From: Devosia ginsengisoli
GTDB taxonomy: Bacteria > Pseudomonadota > Alphaproteobacteria > Rhizobiales > Devosiaceae
NCBI RefSeq assembly: GCF_024707105.1
Contig: NZ_JANQAJ010000011.1
Coordinates: forward strand, 195,488 to 259,487
Direction of reading: 5' to 3'
DNA length: 64,000 bases
Shown here: in pieces, positions 48,385 to 57,382 of the stretch
Layout: every line of letters begins with the position of its first letter
Position numbering within the stretch: the first letter of the stretch is position 1
Notes under the pieces: generated by a model
Told to the model about the DNA's origin: nothing
The model's input: only the letters and a program-made list of their open reading frames with translations
Databases searched by the model: none
Made by a program: the position numbers and the translations under genes

Positions 48385-49326
48385 ATGCGACCCCTGCCCT
48401 TGTCCCTTGCTGTGCTCGCGCTGTCCGTCGGCCATGCGTTCGGCCAGACGGATTATCCCCTGACAATAGACAATTGCGGTTTTGCCGTAACCCTGCCGGC
48501 GGCGCCGCAGCGCGTGGTGACGATCAAGTCGACGGCCACCGAAATGCTGCTGGCGTTGGGGCTGGGCGAACGGATCGTCGGGGTCGGCTTCCAGGATGGT
48601 CCGGCCTCGGAACCATGGGCGGCGACCGCTGCGGCTCTGCCGGTATTGTCGGACAAGCTGCCATCGCAGGAAGTCGTGCTCGAGGCGGAGCCGGACCTGG
48701 TCTATGGCGGTTGGGAAAGCAATTTTTCTGCCGATGGTGCGGGGGAGCGCCCTACCCTGGCTGCGCTGGGCGTGGCTGGCTATGTATCGCCGGCCGCCTG
48801 CCGTTCGATCAAACCGGCCAAGCTGACCTTCGACGACATCTTCGCCGAGATCGACGAAATGGGCATGATCTTCGATGTCGCGCCGGCGGCCGACGCCCTG
48901 ATTGCCGAGCAGCAGGCGGCGCTGGCCGCCATTGCGCCGGATACGCGCGGGCTTTCGGCGCTCTGGTATTCTTCGGGCACCAAGACGCCTTATGTCGGCG
49001 CCGGCAGTGGCGCTCCGCAGATGATGCTGGAGGCTCTGGGGCTGGAGAACATCATGGCCGCTGTCGATGACGGCTGGGTTTCTGCGAGCTGGGAGGCCGT
49101 CGTCGATGCCAATCCCGATGTCATCGTGCTGGTCGATGCGGTGTGGAATTCGGCCGAGCAAAAAAAGCAGTTGCTGGCCGAGAACCCGATCACCAGCCAA
49201 CTGGATGCGGTGATCCATCAGCGTTACCTCGTGGTGCCCTTTCCGGCTTCGGAAGCCGGGATACGCAATGTGGGCGCAACAGCCGACATGGCCGCCCAGC
49301 TTGCCGGCCTCAGTTTCTCGCCGTGA
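48385..49326 (+). CDS. ABC transporter periplasmic binding protein, FecB/BtuF (siderophore/heme/B12) class; candidate F420-0 binding protein
   Basis: ORF 48361..49326; probable start MRPLPLSLAVLALSVGHAFGQ (ATG 48385, RBS AGGA, 6 nt after the cofE stop). PQRVVTIKSTATEMLLALGLGERIVGV is typical of the class. Confidence 0.75.
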   Translation: MRPLPLSLAVLALSVGHAFGQTDYPLTIDNCGFAVTLPAAPQRVVTIKSTATEMLLALGLGERIVGVGFQDGPASEPWAATAAALPVLSDKLPSQEVVLEAEPDLVYGGWESNFSADGAGERPTLAALGVAGYVSPAACRSIKPAKLTFDDIFAEIDEMGMIFDVAPAADALIAEQQAALAAIAPDTRGLSALWYSSGTKTPYVGAGSGAPQMMLEALGLENIMAAVDDGWVSASWEAVVDANPDVIVLVDAVWNSAEQKKQLLAENPITSQLDAVIHQRYLVVPFPASEAGIRNVGATADMAAQLAGLSFSP

Positions 49327-50336
49327 ACCGACCGGCGCTCGCCACGCTGATACTGAGCCTGCTGGCGCTGCTGCTGGCCAGCCTCGTGCTGGCGGTAACC
49401 TTCGGGCCCGCCGATATCGCTCCATCAGAAGTGTGGCAGACCATTGGCTGGCATTTCGGCCTGCTGCCGGAAAGCCCGGTGGGCAGGCTGCGCGATGCCA
49501 TCATCTGGGAATTGCGCCTGCCGCGCGTGCTGGCCGCTGCGGCGGTCGGTGCTGGCCTGGCGCTGTGCGGCGCGGTCATGCAGGCGCTGACCCGCAATCC
49601 GTTGGCTGACCCCTATCTGCTCGGCTTATCGTCCGGCGCGTCGCTCGGCGCCGTCGCCTTCCTGCTTGCCGGCGCGAGCCTGCTGATGCCGCTGGGCGCC
49701 TTTCTTGGTGCCGGCGCCGCCATGGCCCTGACGCTGCTGGTTATCCAACTACTGGGCGGAGCCACGCCGACACGGGCCATTCTGGCCGGTATCTCGATAT
49801 CGGCGCTGGCGGCGGCCGCGACGTCGTTCCTCATCTTCTGGTCGGCGACCGGCGATTCCTACCGGGAAATCCTGAGCTGGCTCATGGGCTCGCTGAGCGG
49901 TGTCGTCTGGTCCGAGGCACTATTGGTGCTCGCCGCATTGGTGCTGGCAGGCCTGCCGGTGCTGCTGTCCGGCCGCTCGCTCGATGCCTTTGCCTTCGGC
50001 GACACCGCGGCAGCAACGCTCGGTGTCGATGTGGTCAGGCTCCGCTGGTGGCTGCTGGGCGGCACGGCGCTGCTGACCGGGGTGCTGGTCTCCATCGGCG
50101 GGGCGATCGGCTTTGTCGGACTCATCGTGCCGCATGTGGCGCGGCTGGTGACCGGTTCGCGGCATCGCGTGCTGCTGCCGGTGGCCATGCTGCTGGGCGC
50201 CAGCTTCATGATCTGGACCGATACGGCGGCGCGTAGCTTGTTCGAACCGCGTGAACTGCCGGTCGGCATCATCACCGCCCTGCTCGGCGCGCCGATCTTC
50301 CTTCTTGTGCTGCTGCGCTACAGGCGCATCACATGA
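49323..50336 (+). CDS. ABC transporter permease, FecCD/BtuC family
   Basis: ORF 49143..50336; start GTG 49323 (GTGA overlap with the binding-protein stop). RLPRVLAAAAVGAGLALCGAVMQALTRNPLADPYLLG. Confidence 0.88.
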   Translation: MNRPALATLILSLLALLLASLVLAVTFGPADIAPSEVWQTIGWHFGLLPESPVGRLRDAIIWELRLPRVLAAAAVGAGLALCGAVMQALTRNPLADPYLLGLSSGASLGAVAFLLAGASLLMPLGAFLGAGAAMALTLLVIQLLGGATPTRAILAGISISALAAAATSFLIFWSATGDSYREILSWLMGSLSGVVWSEALLVLAALVLAGLPVLLSGRSLDAFAFGDTAAATLGVDVVRLRWWLLGGTALLTGVLVSIGGAIGFVGLIVPHVARLVTGSRHRVLLPVAMLLGASFMIWTDTAARSLFEPRELPVGIITALLGAPIFLLVLLRYRRIT

Positions 50337-51115
50337 GCGCGGGGCTGGTGGTCAGCGGGGTCGCTGTGGAACTGGGCGGCCAGGCGATTGTCGCCGGGGT
50401 CGACATGGTCGCGCCCGTGGGTCAGGTGACCGGACTGATTGGCCCCAATGGCGCTGGGAAATCCACGTTGCTGCGGGCCATTCTCGGTCTTGTTCCGGCC
50501 ATGGGCTCAGTGAGCTTTGATGGAACAGACCTCACCGTCCTGCCCCGCCGCACGCGGGCGCAGTTCACGGCCTTTGTCGAGCAGAGCAGCGACACCGATG
50601 CGCGGCTGACGGCGCGTGAAGTGGTGTTGCTGGGTCGCATTCCCTTCCAGTCCATCTGGCAGGCTGCCCCCTCCCCCGAGGATCACGCGCAGACCGATGC
50701 GGCGCTGGCCGCGGTGGAAATGACTGATTTTGCCGATCGGCTCTACCAGACGCTGTCGGGTGGCGAACAACAGCGCGTCCAGATTGCCCGCGCGCTGGCG
50801 CAACAGCCCCGGCTGCTGCTGCTGGATGAACCCACGAGTCATCTCGATGTGCATGCGCAACTGGCCATGCTCGACCTGTTGCGCCGCAGCGCGCGCGCCG
50901 GCGCGGCCGTGCTGGTGGCGCTGCACGATCTCAATCTCGCTGCCGGCTTCTGCGACTCGCTGGTCGTGCTGCAGGGAGGCCGGTTGGCGGCGGCCGGAGC
51001 GCCGGGTGACGTGCTGACCCCTGCCCTGCTGCGGCAGGTCTATGGGGTCGATGCCACCATATTGCGCCATCCCGGTGATGGCCGCCCGCTGATCGCCTAT
51101 GACCTGCCCGGCTAA
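50333..51115 (+). CDS. ABC transporter ATP-binding protein (FecE/BtuD-like)
   Basis: 260 aa. Walker [10 protein letters not shown], signature LSGGEQQRV, Walker [17 protein letters not shown] overlap. Confidence 0.92.
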   Translation: MSAGLVVSGVAVELGGQAIVAGVDMVAPVGQVTGLIGPNGAGKSTLLRAILGLVPAMGSVSFDGTDLTVLPRRTRAQFTAFVEQSSDTDARLTAREVVLLGRIPFQSIWQAAPSPEDHAQTDAALAAVEMTDFADRLYQTLSGGEQQRVQIARALAQQPRLLLLDEPTSHLDVHAQLAMLDLLRRSARAGAAVLVALHDLNLAAGFCDSLVVLQGGRLAAAGAPGDVLTPALLRQVYGVDATILRHPGDGRPLIAYDLPG

Positions 51116-51168
51116 ATCCTCGTCACCATGCGATTGCGATTGACAATCACGCGCCGTCCACTCAAAAA

Positions 51169-51186
51169 TTTGATCGACTGGTCAAA
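51169..51186. promoter_or_regulatory. palindromic operator candidate TTTGATC-gact-GGTCAAA upstream of the second LLM gene
   Basis: Read directly. 30 bp upstream of ATG 51216. Outer arms AAATTTGA / TCAAATTT are perfect. Confidence 0.55.
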
Positions 51187-51215
51187 TTTCGGACCTGCGG
51201 CATAGGGAGGCGCGC

Positions 51216-52217
51216 ATGGAATTCGGCATCACCTTCAAGGGCTTCATCGAGGCCGAACGGGCACGCTATCTGGTGCGTGCCGCTGAATATGCCGGGTTCA
51301 GCTATTGCTGGTTCTATGACAGCCATATTCTCTGGCGCGATTGCTATGCCGCCATCGCCATGTGCATGGAACACACTTCCCATATGCGCTTTGGCCCGCT
51401 GGTGACCAATCCGGATGTGCGCGACTGGTCGGTTGCCGCCTCGATCTTCGGCTCGCTCTCCAAGCAGAGCGGTGGCCGCTTCGACCTGGCGGTCGGCCGG
51501 GGCGACAGCTCCATGCGCGTCATGGGCAAGAAGCCGGCGACGCTGGCGCGGGTGGCCGAGTTCATCGCGAAGACCCAGGCCATGGTGCGTGGCGAAGAAG
51601 TCTCCTATGGCGAAATCCCCGCCGCGGTGAAATTCCCTTGGGCTGTGGGCCACGAAATGCCGAGCTGGATTGCGGCCTATGGCCCGCTGGCGCTCAAGAC
51701 CGCGGGCGAACATGCCGATGGCGTGGTGCTGCAACTGGCCGATCCGGGGCTCTGCAAGTGGTTTACCGACCAGTGCATCGACGCGGGCAAGGCCGCCGGC
51801 AAGGACATGTCCAAATTCCGCTCCATGGCTGCGGCGCCCGCCTATTTCGGCGACAAGGCGCGGGCCATCGAGGCCACCAAGTGGTTCCCGGCCATGGTGG
51901 GCAACCACGTGGCCGATATCGTCGAGAAATATGGCGCCGACAGCGACCAGATCCCCAAGAGCCTGACCAGCTATATCGAGAAGCGCCGCGGCTACGACTA
52001 TTCCAAGCACGGCCAGTCGGATAACCCGTTCCTCGACTTCATCACGCCCGACGTGGTGGAGAATTTCTGCGTGCTGGGCGAGCCGGAAGACCACATCGCC
52101 AAGATGCATGCGCTCGAGGATGCGGGCGTGACGCAGTTCAACATCTATCTGGACAGCGGCGACGAGGAAGAGATCATCGCCAACTATGGGCGGCACGTGA
52201 TCCCGGCATTTCGATAG
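51216..52217 (+). CDS. LLM-class (luciferase-like) oxidoreductase, Mer-like, probably F420-dependent
   Basis: 333 aa TIM-barrel LLM (MEFGITFKG..., FGPLVTNP, DLAVGRGDS, AAYGPLALKTAGEHADGVVLQ). The F420 assignment rests on family resemblance and context. Confidence 0.65.
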   Translation: MEFGITFKGFIEAERARYLVRAAEYAGFSYCWFYDSHILWRDCYAAIAMCMEHTSHMRFGPLVTNPDVRDWSVAASIFGSLSKQSGGRFDLAVGRGDSSMRVMGKKPATLARVAEFIAKTQAMVRGEEVSYGEIPAAVKFPWAVGHEMPSWIAAYGPLALKTAGEHADGVVLQLADPGLCKWFTDQCIDAGKAAGKDMSKFRSMAAAPAYFGDKARAIEATKWFPAMVGNHVADIVEKYGADSDQIPKSLTSYIEKRRGYDYSKHGQSDNPFLDFITPDVVENFCVLGEPEDHIAKMHALEDAGVTQFNIYLDSGDEEEIIANYGRHVIPAFR

Positions 52218-52246
52218 GCGGCAACCAAGCCCGGTGTGGGGCTGCC

Positions 52247-53083
52247 CTACCGGTTGAGTATCCGCCCTGATAGCACGTCGATCTGCATGCCGTCGAAGGC
52301 CGGGGTGACGTTGTCGGGCGTCTCCGATTCGGTCCTGCTATAGTCAAGATCGATATGCATGTTGGTCAGAACGGCCCGTGTTGGGGCCATCCGGGCGATC
52401 CATTCCAGGGTTTCGGGCAGGCTCAGATGGCTCGGATGCGGCGTGGGGCGCAGAGCGTCGACCACCCATAGGTCGAGACCGGAAATTGCCGGCAGCGATG
52501 CCTCGGGAAAGCCTGATAGATCGCAGGAATAGGCGAAATTGGCGACGCGGAAACCCAGCGAGGTGATGTTGCCATGGGTCTGCTCGAAGGCCGTGATGGT
52601 GATCGTGCCACCCGGCCCGTCGATATCAAGCACGTCTCCCGCGGCGATGTCGTGCGCGTTGAGGATGGGCGGATAGTCGCTGCCCGGCGGGGAAACGAAG
52701 CAATAGCCGAAGGCTTCGCGCAGGCGGGCGCCGGTTTCGGTGTCGAAATAGACATCGACCCGGCGGCGATTGTGTAGTGCCAGTACACGCAGGTCGTCGA
52801 TGCCATGCGTATGATCGGCATGGGCGTGGGTGTAGAGCACGGCCTCGACGCGATCGACCTTGGCGGCCAGCATCTGCTCGCGCAGGTCGCAGCCGGTATC
52901 GATCACCACGCGGGTCGGGATGTCGCTGCCCTCGCTAAACCCTTCCAGCAAAAGGGAACATCTGAGGCGCCGGTTGCGCGGCTCATTGGGGTCGCAGTCG
53001 CCCCAGACATTGCCGATGCGCGGCACGCCGCCGGACGACCCGCAGCCCAGGATGGTGGCTGTTATCCTCTGGGCAGACGGCAT
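52247..53083 (-). CDS. MBL-fold metallo-hydrolase (PhnP/GPMH-like, conserved partner of tatD-metG)
   Basis: 278 aa. ILGCGSSGGVPR, YTHAHADHTHGIDDLR. Confidence 0.85.
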   Translation of the reverse strand: MPSAQRITATILGCGSSGGVPRIGNVWGDCDPNEPRNRRLRCSLLLEGFSEGSDIPTRVVIDTGCDLREQMLAAKVDRVEAVLYTHAHADHTHGIDDLRVLALHNRRRVDVYFDTETGARLREAFGYCFVSPPGSDYPPILNAHDIAAGDVLDIDGPGGTITITAFEQTHGNITSLGFRVANFAYSCDLSGFPEASLPAISGLDLWVVDALRPTPHPSHLSLPETLEWIARMAPTRAVLTNMHIDLDYSRTESETPDNVTPAFDGMQIDVLSGRILNR

Positions 53084-53086
53084 GGA

Positions 53087-53866
53087 TCAGGCCAGCCCGG
53101 TTTTCGAGAACAGGCGGGCGAAATTGGCGGTGGTCTCGCTTCCGAGCTGTTCGAGACTTATCCCCCGCACTTCGGCGACTTTTTCGGCGGTGTGGCGGAC
53201 GAAACTCGGTTCGTTGGATTCGCCGCGATGCGGGATTGGGGCGAGATAAGGTGCATCGGTTTCAACGAGATAGCGTTCGGCCGGCACGAATTTGGCGACC
53301 TCGCGGATCTCTTCGGCATTCCTGAAGGTGATGATGCCGGAAAAGGAGATATACCCGCCCAGGTCGAGTGCCGTACGGGCCAGGTCGGGGCCGGCGGTGA
53401 AGCAATGCAGCAGGAAGGGGAAGGCCCCCTGCCCGGCTTCTTCCCTCAGGATCGCGGCCATGTCGTCGTCGCATTTGCGGCTGTGGATAACCAGTGGAAG
53501 ACCGGTGATCCGGGCGGCGGCGATGTGACGGCGCAGGCCGGTGGCCTGGGCCTCGCGCGGGGCGTTGTCGTAGAAGTAGTCGAGGCCGGCTTCGCCGATA
53601 GCAACGCAACGGGGATGGGCACTTAGCCGGACAAGATCATCCGTTTGTATATGCAATTCCTCATCGGCGTGATGTGGATGGGTGCCGACCGAGCACCAGA
53701 CGTTCGCAAAACGTTCCGCCAGTGCCGTGTATGTGGAAAACTTCTCCACATGTGTGGAAATCGTCACCATGCCGGTGACACCGGCGGCTTCGGCGCGGGC
53801 CATGACGCCTTCGATGTCATTGGCCAGGGCCTCGAAATCGAGGTGGCAATGGCTGTCGATCAGCAT
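53087..53866 (-). CDS. tatD: TatD-family metal-dependent hydrolase (DNase)
   Basis: 259 aa. MLIDSHCHLD, AIGEAGLDY, LVIHSR, ETDAPYL. Confidence 0.9.
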   Translation of the reverse strand: MLIDSHCHLDFEALANDIEGVMARAEAAGVTGMVTISTHVEKFSTYTALAERFANVWCSVGTHPHHADEELHIQTDDLVRLSAHPRCVAIGEAGLDYFYDNAPREAQATGLRRHIAAARITGLPLVIHSRKCDDDMAAILREEAGQGAFPFLLHCFTAGPDLARTALDLGGYISFSGIITFRNAEEIREVAKFVPAERYLVETDAPYLAPIPHRGESNEPSFVRHTAEKVAEVRGISLEQLGSETTANFARLFSKTGLA

Positions 53867-53867
53867 G

Positions 53868-55418
53868 CTATTCGGCCTTGCGTTCGAGGCGGGCGAAGAC
53901 GCCCTGCGGTAGCGGAAGGGGCGTATTGGTTAGCAGACTGTTAGCATCGAGCGCAGCAGCGAGTGAACGCTGGTCATCCGGAACGGCAAGCTGGTCGAGC
54001 AGGCGCGATGCCGATGCCGGCACGAAGGCGAGCATGGGAATGGTCAGGCGGCGCACCGTATCGGCCGTCACGTAGAGCACGGTCGCCATGCGTTCCGGAT
54101 CGGTCTTTTTCAGCGCCCAGGGTTCCTGCGCGGCGAAGTAGTTGTTGGCCGAACTGAGCGCGGCGATGATGGCGCCCGTCGCCTCATGCACCAGTTGCTC
54201 GTCCATGGCTTTCTGCGCGGCCTGGATGGCCTCGCCGACTTCAGCGATGATGGCCTGGTCGGCCTCGGTCAGCGGACCGGGCTGCGGCACCTTGCCGTCG
54301 CAGTTCTTGTTGATCATAGACAGCGAGCGCTGCGCCAGGTTGCCGAGATTGTTGGCGAGATCGGCGTTGACGCGCAGCACCAGCTTTTCGTTGCTGTAGT
54401 CGCCATCGTTGCCGAAGGAGACTTCGCGCAGGAAGAAATAGCGGATGGCGTCGGCGCCGAAGGTCTCGACCAGATGGAAGGGGTCGATGACATTGCCGAG
54501 CGACTTGCTCATCTTCTGGCCATCGACCGTCAGGAAGCCATGGGCGAAGACGCGGTGCTGCACGTCGATGCCGGCGCTCATCAGGAAAGCGGGCCAGTAG
54601 ACGGTGTGGAAGCGGATGATGTCCTTGCCGATGACATGCAGATCCGCTGGCCAGAACTTCCTGAACAGCTCGCTCGCCTCGTCGGGGAAGCCGACGCCGG
54701 TGATGTAGTTGGTCAGGGCATCGACCCAGACATACATGACGTGGCCGGGCGCGCCGGGCACCGGGATGCCCCAATCGAAGGTGGTGCGCGAGATGGAGAG
54801 GTCCTGCAGCCCGCTCTTCACGAAGGAGACGATTTCGTTGCGGCGTTCCCTGGGGGCGATGAAATCGGGATTGGATTCGTAGAGGTCGAGCAGCTTCTGC
54901 TGGTAGGCGGAGAGGCGGAAGAAATAGGTGGGTTCTTCCACCCAGGTGACCTCGGCGCCCGATGGCGCGAATTTCTTGCCGTCTTTTTCGGTCAGTTCGT
55001 CTTCGTCGAAATAGGCTTCGTCGCGCACCGAATACCAGCCCTTGTAGGTGGACTGGAAAATGTCGCCATTGTTGCTGGCTTCCATCTTCTTCCAGATCGC
55101 CTGGCTGGCTTCGTGATGGCGCTGCTCGGTGGTGCGGATAAAGTCATCGTTGGAAATTTCGAGGACTTCGGCCAGTCGGCGGAATTCTGCCGCGTTGCGG
55201 TCGGCCAGCTCACGCGGCGTCACGCCCTGTGCGGCAGCGGTCTGCACCATCTTGATGCCGTGCTCGTCCGTGCCGGTCAGGAAGTAGACCTCACGGCCTT
55301 CCAGGCGCTTCCAGCGGGCAATGGCGTCGGTCGCAATCATCTCATAGGCGTGGCCGATATGGGGCGCGCCATTGGGATAGGAAATTGCGGTCGTGACGTA
55401 GAAGGGCTTGGCGGTCAT
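53868..55418 (-). CDS. metG: methionine--tRNA ligase (short form)
   Basis: ORF 53868..55550; start moved to [26 protein letters not shown] (ATG 55418, ATGA overlap with the holB stop). KMSKSLGN. Confidence 0.95.
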   Translation of the reverse strand: MTAKPFYVTTAISYPNGAPHIGHAYEMIATDAIARWKRLEGREVYFLTGTDEHGIKMVQTAAAQGVTPRELADRNAAEFRRLAEVLEISNDDFIRTTEQRHHEASQAIWKKMEASNNGDIFQSTYKGWYSVRDEAYFDEDELTEKDGKKFAPSGAEVTWVEEPTYFFRLSAYQQKLLDLYESNPDFIAPRERRNEIVSFVKSGLQDLSISRTTFDWGIPVPGAPGHVMYVWVDALTNYITGVGFPDEASELFRKFWPADLHVIGKDIIRFHTVYWPAFLMSAGIDVQHRVFAHGFLTVDGQKMSKSLGNVIDPFHLVETFGADAIRYFFLREVSFGNDGDYSNEKLVLRVNADLANNLGNLAQRSLSMINKNCDGKVPQPGPLTEADQAIIAEVGEAIQAAQKAMDEQLVHEATGAIIAALSSANNYFAAQEPWALKKTDPERMATVLYVTADTVRRLTIPMLAFVPASASRLLDQLAVPDDQRSLAAALDANSLLTNTPLPLPQGVFARLERKAE

Positions 55419-56443
55419 TGGGACTCGGAGGAAACGGGGGCGGTCAGTGAAACATGCTTTCTGATCGCGTCGAAAATGGCGACAAGCGTCTGTTTCATAT
55501 CCAGATTGATGCTGTCGGCCTCGGCGAAAAGGGCGTGTGCCTTGTCCCATAGCTCGTTGGCCGAGGCAAGGCGGATGCGGCCTCCCGGCTGCATGGCGGC
55601 ATTGCGGGCCTCGTCGGCCATCCAGTCGTCAAGCATTTCGCGGGCGAAGCTGAGTTCGGGGCTCTGGGTGTCGGCGCCGAGCGCGTCGGCCAGTTGCAGC
55701 GCCACGCCGGCCGGATGCTGCGCGGGGTTGGCCAGCCAGCCTTGCAGCGCGCCAAGGGCGGAGTCCGGCTCCAGCGCCAGGGTCTCGAAAGCACGGCGCG
55801 GCCGACCGCCGGCCAGGGCGATGGCGCGGTCGAGTTCGGTCTGGCCGAGGCTGGCATCGTGTTCCAGCAATACGCCGCGTACGTCTTCGGCGCCGATGGG
55901 GCGCAGGGCGAGGTTGTGGCAGCGGGACTTGATGGTGGGCAGCAACTGGCCGGGGCGATGCGAGACCAGCAGGAAAATGGTATCGGCGGGCGGCTCTTCC
56001 AGCGTCTTGAGCAGGGCATTGGCCGCCGAGGGGTTGCAGTCGTCTATGCTGTCGATGATGGCGACGCGGTGCCCCGCCCTGCCCCGCGTATGGTGCAGGC
56101 TGTCGCGCAGGTCTCTGATGTCCTCGACGCGGATGACGGTGTAGAAGCCCTTGGTGTCCTTGGGGCGGCGGCGCAGCAGGAAGAGATTGGGGTGCGACAT
56201 TGCCCCCACCTGTTCCGCGACGCGGTGGGCATCCTCGTCGCCGGTAGCGGTGAGAACGGCGGCGGCCATTTCGAAGGCGAAGGTGGCCTTGCCGATGCCC
56301 TGCGGGCCATGCAGCAGGATGGCGCCCGGCAGGCGACGTTCGGTCAGTTGGTTGAGGATGGCGGCGCGTTGCGCATCGTGTCCGCGCGCGCTCTGGCGGC
56401 GTTCGGGCAGCGCAATATCCTCGAGAGCGTCGGGATCGGTCAC
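55415..56443 (-). CDS. holB: DNA polymerase III subunit delta'
   Basis: 342 aa, GTG start. [31 protein letters not shown]. Sits between tmk and metG. Confidence 0.88.
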   Translation of the reverse strand: MTDPDALEDIALPERRQSARGHDAQRAAILNQLTERRLPGAILLHGPQGIGKATFAFEMAAAVLTATGDEDAHRVAEQVGAMSHPNLFLLRRRPKDTKGFYTVIRVEDIRDLRDSLHHTRGRAGHRVAIIDSIDDCNPSAANALLKTLEEPPADTIFLLVSHRPGQLLPTIKSRCHNLALRPIGAEDVRGVLLEHDASLGQTELDRAIALAGGRPRRAFETLALEPDSALGALQGWLANPAQHPAGVALQLADALGADTQSPELSFAREMLDDWMADEARNAAMQPGGRIRLASANELWDKAHALFAEADSINLDMKQTLVAIFDAIRKHVSLTAPVSSESQ

Positions 56444-57135
56444 GCCTGCGACCCGCGCAGCAGTTCGGGAAAGCGCTGGCTAACGGCTTCCCAGATGGCG
56501 GCTTCCAATGCGTCTTCCGACTGGGCTGCCGAGATGACGACGCAGCGGTCGGGATTGTCCTGCGCGATGGCAAGGAACCCGTCGCGCAGTTTCTTGTGCC
56601 ACTCGAGCTCTTCCTTTTCGAAGCGGTCGCCCGTCAGCGCCAGCCCGTCCTCGATGGCCCGCTCGGCCACGCGCTTGAAGGCGGCCTCGGGGTCCATGTC
56701 GAGGATGATGGTGAGGTCCGGTGCGTGGCCGTCCAGCGCCAGGGATTCGAGGCCGGCGATGAGCTTGTCATCGACGCCGCCCGTCAGGCCCTGATAGGCG
56801 CGGGTGGAATCGTGGAAGCGATCGGAGAGAACCCAGATGCCGTTGCGCAGGTTGGGGGCGATGAGCTGGTTGACGTGATCGAGCCGCGCCGCGGCGAAGA
56901 GCACCGCCTCGGCGCCCGGTCCCCAGCTTTCGGACCGCCCCTGCAGGATGAAGGAGCGGATGGCTTCGGCCTTGGGCGTGCCGCCGGGTTCGCGCGTGCG
57001 CACGGCCTCGATGTCATGCCGCTGCAGGTTTTGCAGCAGGCGCTTGACCTGGGTGGATTTGCCGACGCCTTCACCACCCTCGAAGGTGATGAAACGGGCG
57101 CGGCTGGCTTTGGAAGTCGGTGCCTCTTGCAACAT
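56440..57135 (-). CDS. tmk: dTMP kinase
   Basis: ORF 56440..57150 begins with TTG; ATG 57135 (MLQEAPTS, RBS GGAAG) preferred. FITFEGGEGVGKSTQ, DRFHDSTRAYQG. Confidence 0.9.
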   Translation of the reverse strand: MLQEAPTSKASRARFITFEGGEGVGKSTQVKRLLQNLQRHDIEAVRTREPGGTPKAEAIRSFILQGRSESWGPGAEAVLFAAARLDHVNQLIAPNLRNGIWVLSDRFHDSTRAYQGLTGGVDDKLIAGLESLALDGHAPDLTIILDMDPEAAFKRVAERAIEDGLALTGDRFEKEELEWHKKLRDGFLAIAQDNPDRCVVISAAQSEDALEAAIWEAVSQRFPELLRGSQA

Positions 57136-57213
57136 GTCTTCCGGCTTCAATTGTCTCGATCCGAGGGCTATGCACTTGGGGGGCGCTCGTCAAGTGAGGC
57201 TGGTGCGTGTGCC

Positions 57214-57342
57214 TCACCCCCACCCTCATTCCCTCCCCACAAGGGGGAGGGAAGCCTGGCCGGTGGATGAGGGAATATTGGACCACTGACGTCGCCCATG
57301 CGCCTCCCTCCCCTCGATGGGGAGGGAATGAGGATGGGGTGA
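57214..57342. repeat. composite REP/MITE-like element: outer inverted arms enclosing two CCCTCCCC-loop-GGGGAGGG hairpins
   Basis: TCACCCCCACCCTCATT + CCCTCCCC-acaag-GGGGAGGG ... CCCTCCCC-tcgat-GGGGAGGG + AATGAGGATGGGGTGA, read directly. Same architecture as 63747..63863. Confidence 0.7.
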
Positions 57343-57382
57343 CGGGAGCCACAGAGGTCCTAAGTAAGCGCTGGCCCTCAAC

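Noticed and set aside
54186-56144. 652-aa plus-strand ORF
   Set aside because: Antisense to metG and holB, which carry unambiguous HIGH/KMSKS and clamp-loader motifs.
57231-57326. Repeated CCCTCCCC/GGGGAGGG units considered as a possible CRISPR or tandem array
   Set aside because: There are only two units per locus, in inverted orientation and forming hairpins. There are no regularly spaced direct repeats, no spacers and no cas genes.
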